The notes under the pieces were generated by a model, which saw only the letters and a list, made by a program, of their open reading frames with translations, was not told the DNA's origin and ran no database searches. Shown in pieces: positions 41,075-52,254 of a stretch of 64,000 bases of DNA (its first letter is position 1; every line of letters begins with the position of its first letter). The stretch is from a bacterium. Lineage in GTDB: Bacteria; Moduliflexota; Moduliflexia; Moduliflexales; JAUQPW01. Location of the stretch: contig JAUQPW010000004.1 of NCBI GenBank assembly GCA_030550175.1, positions 21,211 through 85,210 of the forward strand, read 5' to 3'. The position numbers were made by a program, and so were the translations under genes.

Positions 41075-42208
41075 TTATTTCTTCAGCTCTTGAACCTGAA
41101 CGAATTTTCCGTTTTTAACCTGCCAAAATACATAGGGTGATTCCAGAACATCACCCTTTTCATCGAACTGGATCGGTCCTAAGGCGGTATTAAATTTGGT
41201 CTTATGGATATAGTCGATTAATTTATTTCCATCGGTGCTGTTGGTTCCTTTAATAGCCTCCAGGAGAATATTGGTTGCAACATAGCTGTAAATGGTATAG
41301 GCTCCTACCTCTTTGGCTTGTGGAAATTTTTGTCTGAATTTTTTGATGAAGGGTTGGGCTTCTGGAATTTTTTCCTGGTCAGGTGTGAAACTGATATAAG
41401 CTCCTTCAGCCGCAGGTCCTGCGCCATCGATAAATTCCTGGATAAACACCCCGTCTCCGCTTACAAAAATGGTGTTCAACCCAAGATCTTTGGATTGTTT
41501 GGCCAGCAAAATGGCTTCAGGATGAATCCCTCCGAAATAGAGAACCTCCGGGTTTTTCTGTTTGGCAGCCGTTAAAACCGCCGTATAATCCTTATCCCCC
41601 TGAACAATTCCGGTGTAGAAAACCGGCTCAACCCCTAACTTTTTGAGACCTTTGACGGTCTCGTCGGCTAACCCCTGACCGTAGGTCGTTTTATCATGGA
41701 AGACAGCCACTCTTGTTTTCTTAAGGGTATTGACAATAAAGTCTGCCGCAACGGCTCCCTGTTGGTCATCCCGACCGCAAACCCGAAACACATTTCTTAA
41801 TCCACGTTCGGTAAATTGAGGATTGGTAGAAGCCGGAGTGATTTGGGGAATGGGAACCTTGGTATAAACCGTTGAGGCCGGAATAGAACAACTGGAGTTG
41901 AAATGACCTATGACCCCAACAACCCCTTCATTGACAAACTTGTTGGCAACAGCCACGGCTTGTTTGGGATCATGCTGGTCGTCTCCCCAGATAATCTCAA
42001 TCTTTTTTCCGAGAACACCTCCTTTTTCATTCCATTCTTCCATGGCAATGGTGCCCCCATTTTTCAACTGCTCCCCAAAGGCACCCTGATCTCCGGTGAG
42101 GGGACCTGCCAACCCCAATTTAATAGTTTCTTCTGCCGGGTACGCATTTGCAGCCATTAACCCTGGAATTAGGGTTGCCATCAAAACAAGAAAGAGAAAT
42201 TTTCTCAT
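41075..42208 (-). CDS. livK: branched-chain amino acid ABC substrate-binding protein
   Basis: Signal peptide, GHFNSS, TPAST, FRVCGRDDQQG; first gene of the liv operon. Confidence 0.9.
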   Translation of the reverse strand: MRKFLFLVLMATLIPGLMAANAYPAEETIKLGLAGPLTGDQGAFGEQLKNGGTIAMEEWNEKGGVLGKKIEIIWGDDQHDPKQAVAVANKFVNEGVVGVIGHFNSSCSIPASTVYTKVPIPQITPASTNPQFTERGLRNVFRVCGRDDQQGAVAADFIVNTLKKTRVAVFHDKTTYGQGLADETVKGLKKLGVEPVFYTGIVQGDKDYTAVLTAAKQKNPEVLYFGGIHPEAILLAKQSKDLGLNTIFVSGDGVFIQEFIDGAGPAAEGAYISFTPDQEKIPEAQPFIKKFRQKFPQAKEVGAYTIYSYVATNILLEAIKGTNSTDGNKLIDYIHKTKFNTALGPIQFDEKGDVLESPYVFWQVKNGKFVQVQELKK

Positions 42209-42547
42209 AGGACCTCCTTTTGTTAGGTTAAACTAAGAAACTTCCTCGTCGGATTTCGTCAAAGTAATGGCGGAACAGGAAAAACCCTTTAAGGAAAAGA
42301 AAATACGTTACTTCTACTCTTTTGTTTTAGGAAATTCTCCTGGATCTGTCAAGATAAATTTCATGATTGCTTTTTTCTTTTTTAAATAACACTCCGGTCG
42401 TTAAAATTGCATCACTTTTGCAGGGAAGAGAAAGTGTTGTTATTTATTCGGATCTTTCTTATATTTCATGAAAGATCTCTCATAGACGTTCTGATAAAGA
42501 TTAAGCACTCAGAGATAAAGATAAGTTTTTGATGAGGAGAATCACAC

Positions 42548-43264
42548 ATGACGCAATCCAGAAAACTGAAAGCCGATTTTCATTTACATACTTCTGAAGA
42601 TCCGGAGGATCTTTTTATTCGACATAGTTCTACAGAGCTCATCGATAAAGCAGCCGAATACGGGTTTGAAGTGTTGGCCATTACCCTTCATAACCGACAG
42701 CTTTATACCGATTATTTGAAAAACTACGCTTTGGATCGAGGGATACTCTTGATCCCAGGAATGGAAGCCACCATCGAAGGCAAGCATATTCTTCTTCTTA
42801 ATATGAACTGCGATTTAAGCAAAATCCGAAGGATTCAGGATTTAAGTCGATATACCGGTGATGATACCCTGGTTATCGCCGCCCATCCCTTCTTTCCAGA
42901 TTCTAAATGCCTGGGATCCAAACTGGAAAGGAATATAGAGGTTTTTAACGCCATCGAGTATAGCCATTTTTATCTGAAAAAAATCAATTTCAATGAAAAG
43001 GCCGTGCAGGTGGCGACTAAATATCAACTCCCCCTGGTAGGTACCTCAGATACCCACATCCTTCATCAATTCGGTAAAACTTTCTCCCTGGTGGAAGCCG
43101 ATCAAGAAATCGGCTCGGTGATTGAAGCGATTAAAAAAAGACGGGTTGAAGTCGTCAGCCAGGCCTTAACTCCCACCTACGCCGCCACGACCATGCTTCA
43201 ATTGAAATCTGGGATTATCAAGAAGCTAGAAAGGAAATTAAAGAAGTTCTTTTCGTCCCGGTAA
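42548..43264 (+). CDS. PHP-domain metal-dependent phosphoesterase
   Basis: DFHLHT, AIT.HN, GME, AHPF, TSDTH. Confidence 0.85.
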   Translation: MTQSRKLKADFHLHTSEDPEDLFIRHSSTELIDKAAEYGFEVLAITLHNRQLYTDYLKNYALDRGILLIPGMEATIEGKHILLLNMNCDLSKIRRIQDLSRYTGDDTLVIAAHPFFPDSKCLGSKLERNIEVFNAIEYSHFYLKKINFNEKAVQVATKYQLPLVGTSDTHILHQFGKTFSLVEADQEIGSVIEAIKKRRVEVVSQALTPTYAATTMLQLKSGIIKKLERKLKKFFSSR

Positions 43265-43444
43265 AATGAAAAAGTACTTGTTTTAAAGACTTTAAAGACA
43301 GGTTTCTAGATTTTGATTCCACTCTATTCACCCTGAGCCCTTCGACAAACCGGCCCCAACGGATCGAAGAGCTCAGGACGAGGAGAGGAAGGTTGTAGAG
43401 GATTTATTCCAGGAAACGACCAAAGAAAAATCCCTCCCTCGGGC

Positions 43445-46400
43445 TTATCTCTTGGCCAATTCCAGCTTCAACTCTTCAATTACTTTTTGGAGTTCCCCGA
43501 TTTGATTGTCCGCTTTAACCAAAGCAATGGCTTTTTCGCTGACGGCTTGATTGGCTATATCCAACTGGCCACGGAGCTGGCTCACCTGAGTGGTTAACTC
43601 TCCCAGAGCCTTTTCCTTTTCTTCCAGCTTTTTCCTGAACTCTTCTTGCATCTGGTTGAACTGGCTTTGAAGTTGTGCGAAGGCTTTTTCCTTTTCGTCC
43701 AGATTCTTCCGGACTTCCTCCAGTTGATTTTGTAACTGACCGGGTTGGGATCGTAAGCTTTCAAGGGCCTGATCTTTTTCCAGGAGTTGATTGTTTGCGG
43801 TGTCTAACTGGCTTCGAAGTTGAGCCATCTGGGTCAACAAACCCTCTATTTCCTTGTTCTTTTCTTCCTGGCTACGTTGAGCTTCTTCTTGTAGTTGTTT
43901 CAATCGGGTCGTTAAGGTCGTAAGCTCCTCGTCTTTTCCCTGGAGACGGGCCAGGGCTTCTTCAAGTTTACCCTGTAATTGGTTTACCTGATCGGTTAAG
44001 CTTGCAAGCAACCTGTCTTTCTCCTGGAGGTTTTGTTTCGACTCTTCCTGTAATCGGTTAAGTTGATCCGTGGCCGCAGCCAGGGCTTTATCTTTTTCAC
44101 TCAGATCTTCATTAACTGCCGCCAGTTGGTTTTGGAGTTGATCGAACTGCATAGCCCAGTTCGCCAGGGCCTGATCCTTTTCGGCAAGGACCTTCTGGCT
44201 CTCTTCCTGAGCCAGGGTAAGCTGAGCTTTTAAATCGGCTACCAGTCGATCTTTTTCTTCTTGTAATTGATTGAGCTTATGGGTTACCCGGGCTAAGGCG
44301 ATGTTCTTTTCACTTATCATGTCTTGCAGCGTCTTCAACTGACCCTGCAACTGATTAACCTGTTGGGTCACGTTGGTCACTGCAGCCTCTTTCTCCGTCA
44401 AATTTTGTTGAGATTCTTTTTTTAACTGATCCAGTTGCCGGCTCAAGTCGGTCAAAGCCAGGGTTTTTTCGCTTATATTCTGGTTGGCAACTTCTATCTG
44501 GGTTCGTAGTTGATTTATCTCTGCTATCAACTCTGCAATCCTTTGTTCTTTTTTATCTAAAGCTTTCCTGGCTTCCTCCCGTTCTTGAGCCATCTGATCC
44601 TTAAGCGCCAGGAGGGTCTGTTCCTTTTCGTTCAAAGCCTGTTGAGTCTGGTTCTGTAACTGATTCAAGGAAGCATTCAAAGAGGCAATGATTTTATCTT
44701 TCTCCTCCAGGTTCTTCTTCATTTCTTCTTGTAACTGACGGGATTGCTTATGCGAATCGGCCAACGCAAGGGTTTTTTCGCTCACATTCTGATTGGCAAA
44801 ATCCAGTTGACCCTGAAGTTGATTTAATCTGGCCGTTAGATCGGCAACTACCCGGTCTTTTTCTTCTAAACCTTTCTTTATTTCTTCCTGCAGTTGACGA
44901 ACCTGCGTGTTTAAGTCCGCAGCTATCTTTTCATTTTTCTCTAAATTCTCCTGGAGCTGGTTTCGCTGATGAATCAAATGGGCTAAAGCATTGGTTTTTT
45001 CACTGAGATTTTGGTGGGTTACTTCCAGTTGACCACGTAATTGATTTAACTGGCCTGTTAAATCCCCGATCACCCTGTCTTTCTTTGCCAGATTCTCCTG
45101 GAGTTGATTGAGTTGGTTGGTCAGGTTTACCAGGGTAATTGCTTTTTCACCTATATGTTGATGGGCCGTATTCAGTTGGGTTCGCAGCTGATTTACTTCT
45201 TGGGTTAGATCCCCGATCTTTTGCTCTTTCTCTGCCAAGCTCTTTTGAGTCTCTTTTTGTTCTCTACTCAATTCGTCAAGATTATTCTGGATCTTAGCCT
45301 GTAGATTTTTCTGCTGATGGAGTGCTTCGGTTAACCGATTCACTTCAGTATTTTTTGCCTCTAATTGAGCCCGTAATTGGTTCAACTGATCGGTTAAGCT
45401 GGCAAGAACTGCTTCCTTTTCTTGCAGATTTTTCCTACTTTCCTCCTGGACTCGATCCAATCGATTGGCTAAATCAGAGAGAGCTAATGTTTTTTCACTG
45501 AGGCTTTGATTGGCTGCATTAAGCTGGCCCAGAGACTGATTTAGTTGCGCAGTCAGGTTGGTAATGACCTGCTCTTTTTCGGTTACATTCTTTTGATATT
45601 CCTCTTGAAGTTGATTCAACTGCTTGCTTAAGTTATTGAACGCGAGGCTCTTTTCGCTGGCGTTTTGACGAGCAATATCCATTTGACCTCGGATTTGGTT
45701 GATCTGCGAAGCCAGTTCATTAACCACTCGCTCCTTTTCTGCTAAAATCCTTTGGGTTTCCTCTTGCTCCTGACTCTTCTTTTCTAAGTTACTTCGGATT
45801 TCCTCCAATTGTTTAGCGTGCCGGTTGAGATCTGCCATCAGGTTATCGATCTGAGTGTTTTTCTCATCCAGTTGAGCCTGCAACTGGTTGATCCGGCTGT
45901 TCAACTCCTCCAGGGCTTTGTTCTTTTCTTCCAGATTTTTTTGAGTTTCCTCGTGGGTCCGATTTAACTCCTTATGGATTCCCTCCAATTCAGCCAGATC
46001 CTGGTTGGCTTTCTTTAGCTGATCCTGCAACTGAGCAATCTGCTCAGTTAAATGCGTAGTTTCCCTGTCCTTTGCAGCTAACCTCTTATTTTCCCCTTGA
46101 AGCCGTCCGATCTGTTCTTTTAAGTCGGTCAAGGCTTTATCCTTTTCGGCAAGACCTTTATTTTCCTCTTGAAGCCGTCCGATCTGTTCTTTTAAGTCGG
46201 TCAAGGCTTTATCCTTCTCACTCAGGCTTTGATCGGCGTTTTTGAGTTGATCTTGCAATTCATTTACTCGAGCGGTTAAATCTCTTACCTGAGCTTCCTT
46301 TTCACTTAATGCTCTCTTAAAATCCTCCTGGACCTGGTTAAGTTGAGTTCGTAGGGTTATGAGTTCTTTGTCTTTTTCTTCAATATTTCTGCCGGCGTCT

Positions 46401-46627
46401 TCGAGTTTGCTCTGTGAATTTTTAAGTTGAGTATTTAGATCGGCCAGGATTTTATCTTTTTCGCTTAACTGCTTTTTAGATTCCTCTTGGATTTGATTTA
46501 ACTGATAACCCAGTTTACGAACTTCGCTCCTTTTGCTTGCATAGAGTCCTGTCATAAAAACTACTGCTATGGCCATGACAAGACTTAAAATGCCTAAACT
46601 TTTCTTTGTAAAAATTTGTACTTCCAT
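43445..46627 (-). CDS. membrane-anchored very long coiled-coil repeat protein
   Basis: N-terminal TM helix, then ~1000 aa of heptad repeats (EK..L..L..QLNQLQ); SD AGGGAGGAGG. Confidence 0.85.
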   Translation of the reverse strand: MEVQIFTKKSLGILSLVMAIAVVFMTGLYASKRSEVRKLGYQLNQIQEESKKQLSEKDKILADLNTQLKNSQSKLEDAGRNIEEKDKELITLRTQLNQVQEDFKRALSEKEAQVRDLTARVNELQDQLKNADQSLSEKDKALTDLKEQIGRLQEENKGLAEKDKALTDLKEQIGRLQGENKRLAAKDRETTHLTEQIAQLQDQLKKANQDLAELEGIHKELNRTHEETQKNLEEKNKALEELNSRINQLQAQLDEKNTQIDNLMADLNRHAKQLEEIRSNLEKKSQEQEETQRILAEKERVVNELASQINQIRGQMDIARQNASEKSLAFNNLSKQLNQLQEEYQKNVTEKEQVITNLTAQLNQSLGQLNAANQSLSEKTLALSDLANRLDRVQEESRKNLQEKEAVLASLTDQLNQLRAQLEAKNTEVNRLTEALHQQKNLQAKIQNNLDELSREQKETQKSLAEKEQKIGDLTQEVNQLRTQLNTAHQHIGEKAITLVNLTNQLNQLQENLAKKDRVIGDLTGQLNQLRGQLEVTHQNLSEKTNALAHLIHQRNQLQENLEKNEKIAADLNTQVRQLQEEIKKGLEEKDRVVADLTARLNQLQGQLDFANQNVSEKTLALADSHKQSRQLQEEMKKNLEEKDKIIASLNASLNQLQNQTQQALNEKEQTLLALKDQMAQEREEARKALDKKEQRIAELIAEINQLRTQIEVANQNISEKTLALTDLSRQLDQLKKESQQNLTEKEAAVTNVTQQVNQLQGQLKTLQDMISEKNIALARVTHKLNQLQEEKDRLVADLKAQLTLAQEESQKVLAEKDQALANWAMQFDQLQNQLAAVNEDLSEKDKALAAATDQLNRLQEESKQNLQEKDRLLASLTDQVNQLQGKLEEALARLQGKDEELTTLTTRLKQLQEEAQRSQEEKNKEIEGLLTQMAQLRSQLDTANNQLLEKDQALESLRSQPGQLQNQLEEVRKNLDEKEKAFAQLQSQFNQMQEEFRKKLEEKEKALGELTTQVSQLRGQLDIANQAVSEKAIALVKADNQIGELQKVIEELKLELAKR

Positions 46628-46825
46628 ACTTCTTTTCTGACTGCCTCCTCCCTAAAGTTGTTAAACTACCATTGAAAATTGATAACAATTGTCCAACAAG
46701 AATCCCCTATTTCTGGGGAATATGTCAAGGGGTTTTTTGGAAATCTTCATGGGACATGAAATCCAGATAATTTTTAATACCCAGTTGGGTTTGATAGGAA
46801 GAAGTATCGTATTGTTATCTTGTAA

Positions 46826-46945
46826 TACACTGTTTACTTAATTGTAACCTCATAGGACTGCTTTCACTCCCTAACCCCCCCTGCTGGGAGAGGGGCCGGG
46901 GGTGAGGGCTGCTTAAAAGTCAAACAAAACTAAGTAAACAATATA
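46826..46945. mobile_element. MITE-like element
   Basis: Imperfect TIRs TACACTGTTTACTTA / TAAGTAAACAATATA; homolog at 58037-58164. Confidence 0.7.
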
Positions 46946-47285
46946 GTAATACATATTGCCATTCTGTAATAAGAATGGGAAAAGTTATGGCAACAGCCTT
47001 CCTTTAACCTCGATCAAGAGCCTTTAGTTAGCCCCTGATTTTTCAAAAATCCTATAAACGGTAATATCTTTGTAGAAATCTTTAATTTCAAGTGCAAAGG
47101 ACACAAATAACAGGAAAGTTTTATTAAACAAAGACGTCTGTTCCGGTTTATGGGAATCTTCAGGTACTTTGGAGTCGTAGAAGGTTCATTAACTTCCAGA
47201 GCTTTATCAAAGGCCACCGAAAAACGGTTTAACTTTCTCGGTCTCAGATAAAGTCTAAGGGTCTAAAGAGTATTATCTGGAAAGG

Positions 47286-47672
47286 ATGGAAAAGAATGGG
47301 AAAGGCAAGAGTGAAAAAAATGTAACCTTCCTTCCTACACTTATCCATGCTCTTCTTTTAACGATGATGGGGGTCATACTTTTTTATATCTACTCAACTG
47401 CCTCTTTTGCTCAGATCCCCTGTACCCTGGGGACCCCTAAGCACTTCCAGCGTGTGCTTATTATTGTTCTTGAGAATCAGAATTATAAGGAGGTAATGAA
47501 AGATTCTTACTTCTGCTCCCTGGCCCAGCGTGGTGCGAACTTCACCAATTTTCATGGGTTGTTTCATCCTTCTTACTCGAACTATTTAGCCATGGTATCC
47601 GGCAAGAAGATCCGAACTCACTTCGACTGGCAGGTTGATTTAACAGATCATAAAACGATTGCCGATTCATAG
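47286..47672 (+). pseudogene. truncated phosphoesterase/acid phosphatase fragment
   Basis: Signal peptide, VLIIVLEN and HPSYSNYLAM motifs, but the frame stops at TIADS after 128 aa with no continuation seen. Confidence 0.65.
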
Positions 47673-48253
47673 GGGCATAGGGAGATTTCCTGTTCTTTCC
47701 AGGATGGTTTTAATTCGATTAAGTTAGTTTTGATATTTAATCCCCGGAAAGCACCAGGTCACACATTTTGTGAGTTTGTCCCTGCACTTCCTTTGTAGAC
47801 TAAATAAGCCGATAGGTCAGTGGGAATTATTGTCTTAGAAATCGGTCGGATATGATTTTGCATAAATATAAAACAAAATCCTAAGAGGGCTCCTATAAAG
47901 ATCCTTCTCTTGAAAATAACTACCCTAATTCTTTTTCCTTCCTGAAGGGAGGTTCCTGGATGGAGGATTCATCAAATCTTCCTGGAGAATACCCCATCGG
48001 TTTTCTTGGAGATTCAATTTCCCCTCGATTTTATACCTGTTTACCAGAAAAACACGAGGTAAGGGGTCGGGTCGTCCTATGCAGTTACTTTCCAAGAGTA
48101 GCTATAGAGGTCTGCTTCCATATTTTCAGATCAGTTGCTTCATCCTCGGATTATGCAGAACGGAGCTTTCTGATTTTATCTCTTTTCTAAAGCAAAGACC
48201 ATACCACCGGCCAGCTTCTGTCCGCCAGGGGAAACAGAATCCTATCTTTCTCT

Positions 48254-48390
48254 AAGTCCCAGCAGGGTGACCTGTTTAACAGGCCGCTCCTCCAGAGCTT
48301 GAAAAAATTCTGATTGACTGAATCCCCCCGACCTGCGTCGGGAGCTACCCGCTGTTCGCCCCTGACGGGGCTTTTCAGCTTATCCTGGCG
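48254..48390 (-). repeat. second copy of the structured repeat at 17859-17985
   Basis: Reverse complement shares CCAGGATAAGCTGAAAA...GGATTCAG...TTTTTTCAAGCTCT...GCGGCCTGTTAAA. Confidence 0.85.
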
Positions 48391-48498
48391 CCCATGGGGA
48401 TGGGGGGTTGAGGTAGCCTGCCCCTGGGCAGGCGGAACACAACTTTATGGAACCTTATCCACCCATCAAACGAGACGTTTGACCTACTGGAATAGGTA

Positions 48499-49320
48499 TT
48501 ATTTAGAAACAAGGGGAGGGGAAAAGGGGTTCTGATAGGTTTCTCGACGCCAGCGGTAGGGGAGATCCCGGATCGTGCCGGGGGTATCCAGAATCTGGAG
48601 CGCATCCAGCATCTCTTTTAGAATGGTCATTTGTTGATTTACCTGAAAGGGTTCTCCCAAAGGATGCCCGAAAGGCCAACGAAGAAACAAAGCCCTGGGA
48701 GGTTTAACGGCTTCTGTAATTTTACGTACCAGGGTGATAGAAATCGTAGAAATACCCTTCCGTTCAACTTCTCGCTGGATCAGTCCTACAGACTGATTGC
48801 AGAGCCCTCAGGCCGGGGTTAAAAGGACTGCATCCACCTGAGCTGCCCTAAGTTTTTCGGCCACCTCAGGAGCTGTTTGTCGTATCAGGATATCTATCAA
48901 ATCCTTATCGATATGGCCCATAAAACTGTAATGAAAAGGGGCTTCTTCTCCAATGACCCGGAGTTGGACCAGCTCTTTTAAGCGTTCTATGGGGAAGATG
49001 ATATTGATATCCCTGTCGGCATCGTGATGATCGTAGTAATCATGGGTAATCGTTAAGTCCTCCCGGGAAGTATCTCGAGGAATTTCCCGGTAGGTAGGGT
49101 CTCCCTGGGGGTTTTTCATGTCAAAGGGGGGTTGATTTTTTAAATGAACGCCACCTGTTGTAATTAAGGCGACCCGACAATCTTTAATCTCTTTCTTTAA
49201 GGGCGTCCAGGGAACGTCCCGACTTTCCCGAAAAGAGGTTTTCTCTGCCCAACGATCCGCGAGTTGAGGGAATTTTGTAAAGAATTTAGCCAGAAGTCTA
49301 TTTTTAATGCTTCGAAACAA
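48499..49320 (-). CDS. selenoprotein, glycine/sarcosine/betaine/D-proline reductase B family (PrdB-like), Sec at UGA 48808-48810
   Basis: VALITTGGVH, D.D.N.IFP, HYSFMG, LLTPA-UGA-GLC (UxxC); frame stays open to TAA at 48499 with KPPRA..PFGHPLG; 273 aa. Confidence 0.9.
48779..48797 (-). promoter_or_regulatory. bacterial SECIS-like hairpin
   Basis: ATCAGTC-TGTAG-GACTGAT, a perfect 7-bp stem beginning at the 11th nt after the UGA. Confidence 0.75.
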
Positions 49321-49386
49321 GGGAAAAAGTCAAAACAAACAGGGAAAAGCTCAAGATCTGTTTCTTGGGCCTTTCTTTTGATTCTT

Positions 49387-50019
49387 TTAACTTAAGCTTT
49401 TCAAAATGGCTCGAACTGGGGCCCCATCTCCGTTTTTAATCTTGATGGGGAAACAACATATTTCATAGTCCCCGGGTTCTACCTCCGAAAGGTTCAGTCC
49501 CTCCAAAGGGATGACTTCATGGCTCAGAAGAGTGTGGTGAACCGGAAATTCTGTGCTTCCAAAGGCTTCAACCGAAAGATAATCGATTCCTATCAACTTA
49601 ACCTCCTTCTCGATCAGATATTCGGCTGCCTTTTGGGAAAGATGAACAAAATCGGTGTGAAAAACTTCATCTTTCCAGCATTCCAGGGAATTTCGGGTTT
49701 TAAAAAGGACTCGTTCAATTCCTTGCCAGGATAGACGCTTCAAGTCATCCACTTCGATTCTTTTTTCAACGTTAAGTTCGTAAACCCTCACCCTTCCTAT
49801 GAAAACATCCAACGGAATTTGGTCGATGGTTTTACCACCCCGAATAAAATGTCCCGGTGCATCCAGATGGGTTCCTGTATGGGAACCCAGGGTAATAAGG
49901 GAAACGTTAGCCGGGTCGCCCCGATCCAGATCCAAAGCCTTCTCAATCCTGAGGGGAGGGTCTCCCGGCCAGGTAGGCAACTCATTAGATAGGAGAACGG
50001 AAATATCGTAAATTTTCAT
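49387..50019 (-). CDS. cyclase family metal-dependent hydrolase (kynurenine formamidase-like)
   Basis: WPGDP, HTGTHLDAP, GIDYLS, H..LL, E.L.L, GDGAPVRA. Confidence 0.9.
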   Translation of the reverse strand: MKIYDISVLLSNELPTWPGDPPLRIEKALDLDRGDPANVSLITLGSHTGTHLDAPGHFIRGGKTIDQIPLDVFIGRVRVYELNVEKRIEVDDLKRLSWQGIERVLFKTRNSLECWKDEVFHTDFVHLSQKAAEYLIEKEVKLIGIDYLSVEAFGSTEFPVHHTLLSHEVIPLEGLNLSEVEPGDYEICCFPIKIKNGDGAPVRAILKSLS

Positions 50020-50097
50020 ATTTGAGGCTTGAAACTTGGAGCTTGAGGCTGGGTTATCCTGCCTGTCGGCAGGTCTATTCTCTCACCTCAGACGCCT

Positions 50098-52137
50098 CTA
50101 ACTTCCAGATCGCTTTTTCAACTCTTTGATCTTATCCCTTAACACGGCAGCCCTTTCAAATTCCAGTTTCTTAGCCGCTTCCTTCATCTCTTTCTCTAAC
50201 CTGGCTATCAGATTGGAAATATCCTCATCGGTGAGATACTCTGCCGGCTTCTCAGCCACTAGCAATTTATCCTGCGCGAGGTCTAAAGATCTATCCTGAG
50301 AAAGGGGAACCGTATAGTAATCCGCCTCATAGACGCTTCCCAGAATGTTGGTGATGGATTTCTGAATGGACTCTGGAGTAATCCCATGTTCTTCATTATA
50401 CCTTCGCTGTTTTTCTCTCCGTCGGTTGGATTCTTGAATGGCTTCCCGGATAGATTGGGTTATCTTATCTGCATACATGATGACCAATCCATTGACATTT
50501 CGGGCAGCTCGTCCCGCAGTTTGAATCAAGGAGGTTGTAGACCGCAGGTAGCCTTCCTTATCGGCATCTAGAATTGCAACCAGAGAAACTTCCGGGATAT
50601 CGAGTCCTTCTCGAAGCAAATTCACTCCAATGAGCGCATCGTATTTCCCCATCCGGAGGTCCCGAATAATCTCCACCCGTTCCAGCGTATCGATATCGGA
50701 ATGGAGATAGCGCACTTTCAAACCCAAGTCGGTATAGTATTCGGTAAGATCTTCGGCCATGCGCTTGGTCAGCGTCGTCACCAGCACCCGTTCATTTCGC
50801 CTGGCCCGGGCTTTGATTTCTGCCATGAGGTCATCGACCTGTCCGGCAACAGGTCGAACTACAATCTCAGGATCCATAAGTCCGGTGGGACGGATAACTT
50901 GCTCCACAACGACTCCCTGACTTTTTTCCAATTCATAAGGACCCGGTGTGGCCGAAACGTAAATAACCTGGGAGACCTGTTTTTCAAACTCTTCAAATTT
51001 CAATGGACGATTGTCCAGGGCCGAAGGAAGTCGAAATCCGTATTCCACCAGGGTGGTCTTCCGGGAACGGTCTCCGATATACATGCCTTTAAGTTGGGGG
51101 ATGGTCACATGGCTTTCATCGATGACAATCAACGAATCTCTGGGGAAGTAGTCCAGCAAAGTGGGAGGGGGTTCTCCTGGCTGTCGACCACTGAGATGAC
51201 GGGAGTAATTTTCAATCCCATGGCAGTAACCTACCTCCTGAATCATCTCCAGATCGAACATGGTCCGTTGATGCAGCCGTTGCATTTCCAGTAACTTTCC
51301 TTGTGCCCGAAGTTCCGCTTCCCGTTCCGCCAGCTCTATTTTAATATTTTCGATGGCCCGTTTGAGGGTATCCGCCGGAGTAACATAATGACTGGCAGGA
51401 TAGATGACCACCCGGTCCAGCTTTCCCAAGGTTTTTCCCGTTAACGGATCAAAAACAGCCAGGGTATCTACTTCATCCCCAAACAACTCAATCCGGATAC
51501 CTTCATCCTGGTAAGAAGGATAAATTTCAATGACATCCCCTCGAGCCCGAAAAGTTCCCCGAGAGAAACCAATATCATTGCGCTCGTAGTGGATGGAGAC
51601 AAGTTTCCTCAAAATTTCTTGGCGACTGATGGGCTGTCCCTGGTCTAGAAAAAGGAGCATTCCATAATAGGCTTCTGGAGAACCTAAACCATAAATGCAA
51701 GAGACACTGGCCACAATGATGACATCCCGTCTTTCAAAAAGGGATCGGGTTGCCGAATGCCGCATTTTATCAATATATTCATTAATCGAAGCATCCTTCT
51801 CTATATAGGTGTCTGTACTGGGAATATAAGCCTCCGGCTGATAGTAATCGTAATAACTGACAAAGTACTCTACGGCGTTCTCAGGAAAAAATTCACGAAA
51901 TTCATTGAAAAGCTGAGCGGCTAAAGTTTTATTATGGGCAATAACCAGCGTGGGTTTCTGGACCTGTTCAATGACATTGGCAATGGTGAAAGTCTTACCC
52001 GATCCGGTCACTCCCAATAAAACCTGATGGCGATCTCCTCTTTTTATGCCTTCCACTAACTCTCGAATAGCAGAAATTTGATCCCCGGCGGGCTTAAAAT
52101 TAGAGACCAAGCGAAATTTGTTGGGTTTACGTTGCAT
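50098..52137 (-). CDS. uvrB: excinuclease ABC subunit B
   Basis: [30 protein letters not shown]-terminal UVR domain. Confidence 0.98.
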   Translation of the reverse strand: MQRKPNKFRLVSNFKPAGDQISAIRELVEGIKRGDRHQVLLGVTGSGKTFTIANVIEQVQKPTLVIAHNKTLAAQLFNEFREFFPENAVEYFVSYYDYYQPEAYIPSTDTYIEKDASINEYIDKMRHSATRSLFERRDVIIVASVSCIYGLGSPEAYYGMLLFLDQGQPISRQEILRKLVSIHYERNDIGFSRGTFRARGDVIEIYPSYQDEGIRIELFGDEVDTLAVFDPLTGKTLGKLDRVVIYPASHYVTPADTLKRAIENIKIELAEREAELRAQGKLLEMQRLHQRTMFDLEMIQEVGYCHGIENYSRHLSGRQPGEPPPTLLDYFPRDSLIVIDESHVTIPQLKGMYIGDRSRKTTLVEYGFRLPSALDNRPLKFEEFEKQVSQVIYVSATPGPYELEKSQGVVVEQVIRPTGLMDPEIVVRPVAGQVDDLMAEIKARARRNERVLVTTLTKRMAEDLTEYYTDLGLKVRYLHSDIDTLERVEIIRDLRMGKYDALIGVNLLREGLDIPEVSLVAILDADKEGYLRSTTSLIQTAGRAARNVNGLVIMYADKITQSIREAIQESNRRREKQRRYNEEHGITPESIQKSITNILGSVYEADYYTVPLSQDRSLDLAQDKLLVAEKPAEYLTDEDISNLIARLEKEMKEAAKKLEFERAAVLRDKIKELKKRSGS

Positions 52138-52254
52138 ATTTATATATTCAACCTGTTTCTAAGAAGCGTCAAGGGAGAATATGGCTTGACAGTTCTATGG
52201 CCGGGTGTATCTTTCTTTTTAAAAAGGAAAATTTTAAGATAGAGAGGTCAGTAT

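Noticed and set aside
47960..48535. Short ORFs at 47960-48190 and 48314-48535 as genes or transposase remnants
   Set aside because: No recognisable motifs; the second overlaps a non-coding repeat
48808..48810. Nonsense mutation or pseudogene in the reductase B gene
   Set aside because: The UGA falls exactly at the UxxC position and is followed by a SECIS-like stem, so Sec recoding fits better
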